Assembly (NCBI GenBank): GCA_023137195.1
Contig: JAGLPV010000009.1
Location: forward strand, 1-24,546
DNA length: 24,546 nucleotides
Direction of reading: 5' to 3'
Source: Candidatus Aenigmatarchaeota archaeon
GTDB taxonomy: Archaea > EX4484-52
In this document: positions 17,775-24,546 of the stretch, in pieces
Numbering within the stretch: position 1 is the stretch's first letter
How the letters are laid out: the number at the start of each line of letters is the position of its first letter
Notes under the pieces: generated by a model
What the model saw: only the letters and a program-made list of their open reading frames with translations
The model's database searches: none
What the model was told of the DNA's origin: nothing
Made by a program: the position numbers and the translations under genes

Positions 17775-18701
17775 ATGGAAATAAAAAAAATATTAGTTAC
17801 CGGAAGCAGCGGCACTATAGGCACAAGACTGTGTGAAAAACTTTTAGAGCAAAATTATGAAGTTGTTGGCGTAGATTTAAAGCCAAATCAATGGGATGAA
17901 AAAATCAACGAATTAACCATCATTGGAGATTTATGCAAAAAAGAAACCATTGAGAAATTACCCAAAGACGTAGATATAGTTATCCATCTGGCAGCAAATG
18001 CCCGTGTTTATAATCTGGTAGTGGATCCTTCCCTGGCAAGAGATAATTTTGAGAGCGTCTTTAATGTCTTGGAGTATTGCAGAAAAAACAACATAAAGCG
18101 GTTTGTTTTTTCTTCAAGCAGAGAAGTGTATGGAAACATCGAAAAAACAGTTATTTCAGAAGACGAAGCTCGTATTGCAAATTGCGAAAGTCCTTATACT
18201 GCATCTAAAATCGCGGGAGAGGCATTAGTGCACAGCTATAATCAATGTTACGGGATGGATTTCATCATATTGCGGTTTTCAAATGTTTATGGAATGTATG
18301 ATACCAGCGATAGGATGATACCATTATTTATCAAGTTGACAAAAGACAATTCAGAGATTATAGTTTATGGAAAAGAAAAACTATTGGATTTTACCTATAT
18401 TGATGATACAGTTTCCGGCGTTATCAAATGCATAGAAAATTTTGATAGCGTCAAAGGAGATATATATAATATCGCTTCCGGCAAACATATTTCAATTATA
18501 GAAGTGGCTCAAATGCTTCAAAAACACATGAACGCAAGCAGTGAACTTAGACTGGAAGAAAACAGGACCGGTGAAGTCGTAAGATTCGTTGCAGATATTT
18601 CAAAAGCAATAGACAAATTAGATTATGAACCAAAAACACCAATCGATGTAGGACTTAAAAAATCAATAGATTGGTATATGGAGAATGTATATAATGAATA
18701 A
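17775..18701 (+). CDS. NAD-dependent nucleotide-sugar epimerase/dehydratase (extended SDR)
   Basis: ILVTGSSGTIG, IHLAANA, FSSSREVYG, YTASK, RFSNVYG, DFTYIDD. ATG 17775 preferred to TTG 17766. Confidence 0.92.
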   Translation: MEIKKILVTGSSGTIGTRLCEKLLEQNYEVVGVDLKPNQWDEKINELTIIGDLCKKETIEKLPKDVDIVIHLAANARVYNLVVDPSLARDNFESVFNVLEYCRKNNIKRFVFSSSREVYGNIEKTVISEDEARIANCESPYTASKIAGEALVHSYNQCYGMDFIILRFSNVYGMYDTSDRMIPLFIKLTKDNSEIIVYGKEKLLDFTYIDDTVSGVIKCIENFDSVKGDIYNIASGKHISIIEVAQMLQKHMNASSELRLEENRTGEVVRFVADISKAIDKLDYEPKTPIDVGLKKSIDWYMENVYNE

Positions 18702-20112
18702 AGATGTTTTGATTCTTGGCGGCGGTCCGGCGGGCATGGCGTCAGCTTTCGAGTTGCATAAAGCCAATAAATCATTTGACCTTATTGAAAAAAACACCAA
18801 GATTGGCGGGTTGGCAAAAACATTTCAATACGGGGAATTTAGGACAGACATAGGACCCCACAGATTTTTTAGCCAAAATCAATATCTATACGACCTGATA
18901 GAAGATTTAATTGGAAAGAGATGGATAAAAGTAAACAGACTGACAAGGTTTTACATAAATAATAAATTCTACAATTATCCTATAGAATTGAAAACTGCAT
19001 TATATAATGTCGGAATTTACAAAGCATTTAGAATCATTTCTGATTATCTTTATGAAAAATCCAAAAAAATATTTATTAAAAAACCCCCTTCTTCCTTTGA
19101 AGAACAGATTGTCTCTGATTTTGGAAGAACTTTAGCTGAGTTAAACATGCTCAATTATACAGAAAAAGTATGGGGTTTGCCGTGTTCCCAAATATCAAAT
19201 GATTGGTCAAAACAGAGAATAAAAGGTCTTTCTATTAGAGCAATAGTTAAAAAAATAATCCTAAAGTCCAGGTCCCAGCCAAAAACGCTTGTCGATCAGT
19301 TTTATTACCCCGATACAGGAACTGCATTGATTTACGAAAAAATTAAAGAAAAAATTTCTTCAGGCAACAAGGGCGCCGTCAAAACAAAGAGCAGTCCTGT
19401 CAAAATAAACCATAGCAAGGATAAAATAACAGGCGTTGTGGTAGAATCCAACGGGAAAAAAACAACATACAAATCAAAAAACATAATTTCATCCATACCC
19501 ATAACAGAAGTTATTGCTCTTATGCAGCCAAAAGCACCGGGAGCTGTTTTAAAAGCGGCAAAAAAATTAAAATTCAGATCTCATGTTTTTCTTTTCATTA
19601 CACTCAATAAAGAATCTGTTTTCCCCGACCAGTGGTTATATTTTCCTGACAGAGAAATTCCTTTCGGCAGGATAATGGAGCCAAAAAACTTCAGTAAAAA
19701 ATTATGCCCTCCAAAAAAAACATCCATGCTCATTGAATTTTTTTGCTGGGAAAATGACAATGTTTGGAACATGAGCAAAGAAGGTTTATTTGATTTAAGC
19801 ATAGGACCACTGGAAAAAGCAGGTTTTATCAAAAAAAAAGATGTCATTGATATTTATGTGCATAGAGAAAAATATGCTTATGTTGTTTACGATTTAGACT
19901 ATAAAAAGAATCTAAAAAAAGTCAAGGATTATCTAAAGAAATTCAAAAATTTACAATTAATAGGCAGGGCAGGCAGTTTCAGATACAATAATCAGGATCA
20001 TGCCCTGGAAATGGGAATCTTGGCAGCAAGAAGCATACTTGAAAATAAAAAATACGATATTGATGAAGTCGGCTCAGAAGGCAAATATTTTGAAAGAGGA
20101 TACGTAAAGTAA
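18694..20112 (+). CDS. FAD-dependent oxidoreductase, UDP-galactopyranose-mutase-like / HemY-like family
   Basis: ILGGGPAG, EK...IGGLA, DIGPHRFF, YTEKVWG, FYYP..G, GRAG.FRYNNQDH. GGAG at 18680-18683 favours ATG 18694. Confidence 0.82.
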   Translation: MNKDVLILGGGPAGMASAFELHKANKSFDLIEKNTKIGGLAKTFQYGEFRTDIGPHRFFSQNQYLYDLIEDLIGKRWIKVNRLTRFYINNKFYNYPIELKTALYNVGIYKAFRIISDYLYEKSKKIFIKKPPSSFEEQIVSDFGRTLAELNMLNYTEKVWGLPCSQISNDWSKQRIKGLSIRAIVKKIILKSRSQPKTLVDQFYYPDTGTALIYEKIKEKISSGNKGAVKTKSSPVKINHSKDKITGVVVESNGKKTTYKSKNIISSIPITEVIALMQPKAPGAVLKAAKKLKFRSHVFLFITLNKESVFPDQWLYFPDREIPFGRIMEPKNFSKKLCPPKKTSMLIEFFCWENDNVWNMSKEGLFDLSIGPLEKAGFIKKKDVIDIYVHREKYAYVVYDLDYKKNLKKVKDYLKKFKNLQLIGRAGSFRYNNQDHALEMGILAARSILENKKYDIDEVGSEGKYFERGYVK

Positions 20113-20189
20113 TCAACCAACAACTACTTCGAATAACATTTTTCTCTCAGGATTTGATAAACTTATAAATGTTAAGTAAAGATAAAATT

Positions 20190-20867
20190 ATGTTTCTCGA
20201 AAAACCAATAATTGCAATTAATTTTAAGACGTACAAGGAGTCTCTTGGCGACAATGCCTTGGAGATTGCAAAGGCAATAGAAGAGATAAACCCGCATTTA
20301 AAAGCTAAATGCCTGCCTGTTGTTGTGCCGCAGACAGTAGATATTCGACTCATCGCAAAAGAGACAACCATTCCTGTTTTTGCCCAGCACGGGGAAGCTT
20401 TTGATTACGGGAAAAACACAGGATACACCACAATCAAGAGTCTGAAAAACGCAGGCGTAACAGGTATGCTAATCAACCACAGCGAGCACAAACTCGCATT
20501 AAACAAGATTGAAGAGACAATCATTGCAGCAAAAAAAGAAGACCTGTACTCAATCTGCTGTGTAGACACAATAGACCAGGCAAGAGCAGTTGCCTGCTTC
20601 AGTCCAACCTATATCGCGCTTGAGCCCCCGGAATTAATCGGCACAGATGTTTCAATCGCTCAAAAAGACCCGGAAATAATAGAGAAAGTAGTAAAGAAAA
20701 TCAAATTCATACAGCCAAATGCCCATGTTTTGATAGGAGCAGGAATAAAGACAAGAAAGGACGTTGAAATCTGCATCGAGAACGGAGCAAGCGGTGTTTT
20801 ACTGGCATCAGGAGTTACAAAAGCAAAGGACATTCCGACCGTGCTTTTTGATTTCTTCGGCAGATAA
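20190..20867 (+). CDS. tpiA: Triosephosphate isomerase, archaeal type
   Basis: INFKTY, AQH, LINHSE, ALEPPELIG, GAGI, GVLLASGV. TTATAAA at 20163-20169 favours a leaderless ATG 20190 over ATG 20169. Confidence 0.96.
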   Translation: MFLEKPIIAINFKTYKESLGDNALEIAKAIEEINPHLKAKCLPVVVPQTVDIRLIAKETTIPVFAQHGEAFDYGKNTGYTTIKSLKNAGVTGMLINHSEHKLALNKIEETIIAAKKEDLYSICCVDTIDQARAVACFSPTYIALEPPELIGTDVSIAQKDPEIIEKVVKKIKFIQPNAHVLIGAGIKTRKDVEICIENGASGVLLASGVTKAKDIPTVLFDFFGR

Positions 20868-21122
20868 ATCCACGGAACGCACGGATGCGATAAAATCTCT
20901 ATGATTTTCTGCACATTCAATTTCATTGAATGACACACAAGAACCCACAGAACCGTTAAAATTATAGAGATTACAAAAAACAAAAAGTATTCTATTATCT
21001 CTTCACAAGAGGTAATAATAACTTAAATTGAGTGTGACCAGACTGTTTTTTATAGAGTGAACCAAAAATGCAATTTTTTTCTCCCCTTTTTCCCTGTGTC
21101 TTCTTGTGCGTTCCTGTGGATT
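20867..21122. repeat. Intergenic element bounded by imperfect terminal inverted repeats, with several internal hairpins (MITE/REP-like or structured RNA)
   Basis: Left AATCCAC-GGAACGCACGGA (20867-20885); right end (21102-21122) reverse-complements to AATCCACAGGAACGCACAAGA. Internal stems of 15, 8 and 11 bp. Confidence 0.65.
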
Positions 21123-22302
21123 AGTATTCCCCGATAATAAAGCAATGGTCTTTTTCAAGAGGGTCAAGATTTTTCCAGTCAAGTATTTTGAAATGCTTTT
21201 TTAACTCATCCAAAGCATAATCATATACTTCATATGGATTTTTTGTAGAATCAACAGACCGTGCCTTTAAAGCCAGCATAAACCGACCTTTTTTTTTCAG
21301 GAACAGTTTTGCATTCCTTATCAAAATATCAATCTGGTCTTTTTGTGCGACATCTTCAAAAATAATATCTACTTTGGAAACAAGATGGGCGTAATTGCCG
21401 GGAAGTTTTGCATTGTCGTATATCGGGACAATGTTATTTCTCTTGTGCATCTTTATGACAGAGAGCAGGTTCTGTATCGGCTTGAATGCAAATTCAACAC
21501 CGTAAATCAATCCGTTTTCTCCTATTAAATCAGATATATGCGATGCGGTTGTGCCGTCCGCTATGCCAAGATACAATATTTTAGACCCCTGCGGAATATC
21601 CCAGCAGGAAATGCCTTTTTTGATGGCAGCGCCAAGCTTTGATTTTTTCTCGTCCCATGTCCTGAATTCATCATTGCCTTTTTTTATCAGATTTTCAGAA
21701 TAGACCCTAAATCCAGGAGTAAGGCTTTTTGTTGTAAGTCTTCCGCTGATAGAAGAAAAATTAGGATTTGATATTTTGTACTGGGCTATGTTCTCTTTTT
21801 CTTTTTTTGGTTTGAATTTTTGTTTGTCATGGTGGTGTTCAAAGCGTTTTTTGTTTGGCGAGGTCGTTGAAAAGTCTTTATTTGAATCTTCGAAATTGTG
21901 TGATTTTTTCTTGTCGTGGTGGTGTTCAAAGCGTTTTTTGTTTGGTGGGGTCGTTGAATGTCCCTTATTGGAATCTTCAAAATCACGGGATTTTTTCTTG
22001 TCGTGGTGGTGTTCAAAGCGTTTTTTGTTTGGTGTGTTCATCGAGAATCCTTTATTAGAATCTTCAAAATCACGGGATTTGTTTTTGTCATTGGGTTTAA
22101 AGCGTTTTTTGTTTGATGGTTTAGAATGGTTCGTTGAGAATTCTTTATTATAATCTTCAAAAGAGCTGGATTTGTTTTTGTCATTAGGAGTAAAGCGTTT
22201 TTTGTTTGATGGTTTAAATCCGGAATTAAAGGATTTTTTATTTGAATTTTTGAAGTCACCGGATTTTTTCTTGAATTTTGGATTATATCTATTTTCGCCC
22301 AT
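21121..22302 (-). CDS. flpA: Fibrillarin-like rRNA/tRNA 2'-O-methyltransferase with long repetitive N-terminal extension
   Basis: FRTW...KSKLGAAI, ILYLGIADGTTASHISD, YGVEFA, NIVPI, DIIFEDVAQ.DQ, LKARSVD, LDPLEKDH. ATG 22302 preferred over 22341 because a T/A-rich TATA-like tract lies about 25 nt upstream. Confidence 0.93.
   Translation of the reverse strand: MGENRYNPKFKKKSGDFKNSNKKSFNSGFKPSNKKRFTPNDKNKSSSFEDYNKEFSTNHSKPSNKKRFKPNDKNKSRDFEDSNKGFSMNTPNKKRFEHHHDKKKSRDFEDSNKGHSTTPPNKKRFEHHHDKKKSHNFEDSNKDFSTTSPNKKRFEHHHDKQKFKPKKEKENIAQYKISNPNFSSISGRLTTKSLTPGFRVYSENLIKKGNDEFRTWDEKKSKLGAAIKKGISCWDIPQGSKILYLGIADGTTASHISDLIGENGLIYGVEFAFKPIQNLLSVIKMHKRNNIVPIYDNAKLPGNYAHLVSKVDIIFEDVAQKDQIDILIRNAKLFLKKKGRFMLALKARSVDSTKNPYEVYDYALDELKKHFKILDWKNLDPLEKDHCFIIGEY
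21820..22270 (-). repeat. In-frame tandem repeat, about 5 copies of 84-93 bp (28-31 aa)
   Basis: Anchor AAAGCGTTTTTTGTTTG at 21841, 21928, 22015, 22099 and 22192 (spacings 87, 87, 84, 93); encodes NKKRF...DKxKSxxFEDxNK. Confidence 0.95.
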
Positions 22303-22407
22303 GATTAATAATGGATAAAGAAATAATAAAAAGATGTTCATTTTTTTGGGTGTTTTGTATTAACTATCGTGCTTTTGAAAAGTCAGTCCGCAGAAATAAT
22401 ACATATA

Positions 22408-22574
22408 TGGCGTAGCGGAACCTTAAAATCACTTCTTAATTTCTCATCTACCCGATAGCAAGGAGTTTTAGTGACGAAGAGTAAATATTTCCTATAATCT
22501 CCGCGAAGCAAACCACCTATCTATAAGACATAAGAGTTTTCTTTTAAAATAATATCAGGGGGTTCCGCACACCA
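22408..22574. repeat. Imperfect inverted repeat pair enclosing about 135 nt of non-coding DNA
   Basis: TGGCGTAGCGGAACC (22408-22422) versus GGTTCCGCACACCA (22561-22574; reverse complement TGGTGTGCGGAACC). Confidence 0.45.
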
Positions 22575-22674
22575 ATTCGAAGGTTTATTTACAGGAATAA
22601 TAAAGAATATTTTGTTTTTTTGAGAAAAGTAAGGTTTATAATATCTTATTTATGTCCATTAAATACGGTAAATT

Positions 22675-22980
22675 ATGCAATGTAATAATCAAGATAGTAA
22701 TAATGAGTTAGTTTTATTTACGCCAGAATCGGTGAATGTAGCAGAGCGTGTGAGAGGGGCAATTTGCAAACAAGATGCATCTCATAGAGAAGATGATTTT
22801 AATTGTCTGCTCAAGGGTATAGAAGATAAGCCTCCAAAGCATTTTGAAAGTAGAAATACTGTAAGTTACAGAGCGGTTGTAATAACTGGCTCGGGAACGT
22901 CGGCAAACAAGTCTATCATTTCTTCAGTAGTTGGTGATAAAAATATGCTCCCATTGTCCAAGAATGGAGGAATGAGATAA
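22675..22980 (+). pseudogene. Truncated, decayed class V PLP aminotransferase (2-aminoethylphosphonate transaminase / AGT-like N-terminus)
   Basis: LFTPESVNV (family LFTPGP), HRE.DF, AVVITGSGTSAN. Ends at 101 aa where the NGxxG motif should be and lacks the PLP lysine region. Confidence 0.8.
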
Positions 22981-22985
22981 TCGGT

Positions 22986-23555
22986 GTGAAAAAAAAGTTT
23001 GAAAATTTAACTATTCCCAATGGTATTACATATTGCGGTCTGTTGTTTGCGCTAGTTGGCATTTATTTATTGGTCAAAAACCAGATTATTCTGGCAATAA
23101 TCTTCTTAACACTAACAGATGTATTTGATATGCTGGATGGATATATTGCACGAAAATATAAAATGTTTTCTCCCCTTGGAGCTGATTTAGACTCTCTGGT
23201 GGACATGGTTGCTTTCGTTATTCCCCCTTTCATCATAGCACTGGTTTTCAATAATAATCTATTGATCGCATCTTCTGTCTTTTTAGTTGCTTGTGGTATT
23301 TATAGGCTTGCCAGATTCAATATAGAAAAGAAAGTTCCTGGTCATGTTAAAGGTTTAGTTGCCTCATTACCCCCTCATTTCATTTATACTGCAATTTTAC
23401 TCAATGTTTCTTTAGGTTTTTTAGCAATTTTTTATGTTATTTTTGGCATTATGATGGTATCTAAAATTTTAACAAAAACCAAATATATGTATCTTACGAC
23501 AATATCAATTATGAGTATAAATCTCATATTGGCAACTATTGTCTTGGTGGTGTAA
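22986..23555 (+). CDS. CDP-alcohol phosphatidyltransferase, PssA/archaetidylserine-synthase-like
   Basis: IPNGIT, DMLDGYIARKYKMFSPLGADLDSLVD (DG-x2-AR-x7-G-x3-D-x3-D), RLARFN; GTG start. Confidence 0.9.
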   Translation: MKKKFENLTIPNGITYCGLLFALVGIYLLVKNQIILAIIFLTLTDVFDMLDGYIARKYKMFSPLGADLDSLVDMVAFVIPPFIIALVFNNNLLIASSVFLVACGIYRLARFNIEKKVPGHVKGLVASLPPHFIYTAILLNVSLGFLAIFYVIFGIMMVSKILTKTKYMYLTTISIMSINLILATIVLVV

Positions 23556-23558
23556 TTA

Positions 23559-24546
23559 ATGTCGGACAATAAATTCATTAAAGTAAAAGATGCAGGTATA
23601 ATTTTAGAGAAAGGAAAAAAGTATATTCTTTGCATTTCACCGGATATTCCGAATATTCTTCCAATCATTAAACTTTTTGAAAATTATAATCCTATATTTA
23701 TTAGTGCCGGAGAACATTTAGACATACAGGAAAACGACTTTATTTGTTTAAGGAAAGAACCATTTTTTAGTGTCAAAGAATTGGTGGAAGAATTATCACA
23801 TTCAAAAACAGTATTAAATTTAATAGAAGCTTTACGCATCCACCAAGAAAATATCTGGGTCAAGACATGGTGTAATCATAAACTCTTCCAACCTTTTTTT
23901 GATAAACCCGGAATAAAATCTTTGGGATTTTCTCCAGATGAGGCACAGTGGATGAACAATAAGATTTTCCAATATGAACTATTAAAGGATGTTGTGCCAA
24001 TTGCTGATTTTATCCTAGCTGACAAAAAATGTTGTCTTGATCAATTTGAAAAATTCAAAACAGAAAAAGGTGTACTTACAATATTGGCATTTGGCGGTGC
24101 AGGATCAGGTGTAAAAATACATGCTACAAGAAAAGACTTAGAGGAATATTTTGAAAAAATAGATGATGAAAAATTAATACTTGCAAGAATCATTGAGAAA
24201 AAAGCTTCACCAAGCATCGACATATTAGTTGCAAATGAAAAAGAAATTATTGTTTTTGGTCTTGCAGATCAAATACTTAATGGATTGCAGTGTTTGGGTG
24301 CAACATATCCAACAATTTTAGATGATAAAACAAAAAATCAATGTTATGAACTTGCTAAAACCGTTGGGAGCGAAATTGCAAAAAAAGGTTTACGCGGATA
24401 TTTTAGCATTGATATAATTGTTGATGAAAATAATAATCCATTTTTCAGTGAAATTAACGGAAGATATGCAGGAACAACTGCCAATAGACTTTTGGCCATG
24501 GAACAATCCAGACCACAAAATCATCCTTCAATACTGGATTTAGAAG
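23559..24546 (+). CDS. ATP-grasp fold protein, 3' end beyond window (absent from the supplied ORF track)
   Basis: Manual translation from ATG 23559 (MSDNKFIKVK...) stays open to the window end; contains NNKIFQY, FGGAGSGV, GLADQIL, GATYP, GLRGYFSIDIIVD and FSEINGRYAGTT. GGTGG SD upstream. Confidence 0.85.
   Translation, partial: MSDNKFIKVKDAGIILEKGKKYILCISPDIPNILPIIKLFENYNPIFISAGEHLDIQENDFICLRKEPFFSVKELVEELSHSKTVLNLIEALRIHQENIWVKTWCNHKLFQPFFDKPGIKSLGFSPDEAQWMNNKIFQYELLKDVVPIADFILADKKCCLDQFEKFKTEKGVLTILAFGGAGSGVKIHATRKDLEEYFEKIDDEKLILARIIEKKASPSIDILVANEKEIIVFGLADQILNGLQCLGATYPTILDDKTKNQCYELAKTVGSEIAKKGLRGYFSIDIIVDENNNPFFSEINGRYAGTTANRLLAMEQSRPQNHPSILDLE

Noticed and set aside
20660-20983. 107-aa minus-strand ORF extending into the structured intergenic element
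   Set aside because: Mostly antisense to tpi with no recognisable motif; not evidence of a transposase or cargo gene.
21776-22259. Alternative-frame and antisense repeat ORFs (21776..22153 +, 21786..22016 -, 21855..22058 +, 22038..22259 -)
   Set aside because: Open frames are a by-product of the periodic repeat; only the fibrillarin frame connects to a recognisable domain.
21820-22270. Tandem repeats as a CRISPR array
   Set aside because: Units are similar along their whole length with no unique spacers, all spacings are multiples of 3, they lie in frame within fibrillarin, and no cas genes are present.
22370-22600. RNase P RNA, group II intron or hammerhead ribozyme (GAAAAGTC, minus-strand GTGCG, TGACGA fragments)
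   Set aside because: Full GAGGAAAGUCC/CR-V, domain V and CUGANGA-GAAA cores could not be found; only short chance-level matches.
2-24223. Numerous 60-150 aa ORFs antisense or out of frame to recognised genes (e.g. 9602..10054, 11468..11851, 14209..14616, 7932..8300)
   Set aside because: They overlap well-supported CDSs and show no family motifs; treated as shadow ORFs.
1-24546. tRNA, rRNA, transposase, integrase or recoded stop codons
   Set aside because: No cloverleaf/T-loop signature or long GC-rich RNA gene was seen in the intergenic gaps, no mobile-element protein motifs were seen, and TAA, TAG and TGA all end conserved proteins at expected lengths.

Overview
AT-rich, densely coding window from an archaeon. 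Markers are type II GAPDH, archaeal TPI, eS19, Rrp41, LSm, fibrillarin and DUF655; the scrambled gene order suggests a DPANN-like lineage (inference). The left part holds the most coherent unusual system: a minus-strand operon [RHH + degenerate nucleotidyltransferase fusion]-pgk-gap-[aspartate aminotransferase::ATP-PEP carboxykinase fusion] set head-to-head with glutamate dehydrogenase. Together these form a redox-balanced aspartate <-> triose-phosphate module with a candidate dedicated regulator. The middle carries housekeeping genes, a secreted DUF333/papain protease, a mevalonate-kinase-like protein with substituted catalytic residues and a surface-glycosylation trio. The right part has tpi, a 253-nt highly structured intergenic element bounded by inverted repeats, a fibrillarin with a ~165-aa repeat-built basic N-terminal extension, and the start of an accessory cluster (decayed class V aminotransferase, PssA-like CDP-alcohol transferase, ATP-grasp ORF running off the window). 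I saw no rRNA, tRNA, CRISPR array or transposase. All calls come from reading motifs by eye; no database searches or folding programs were run.
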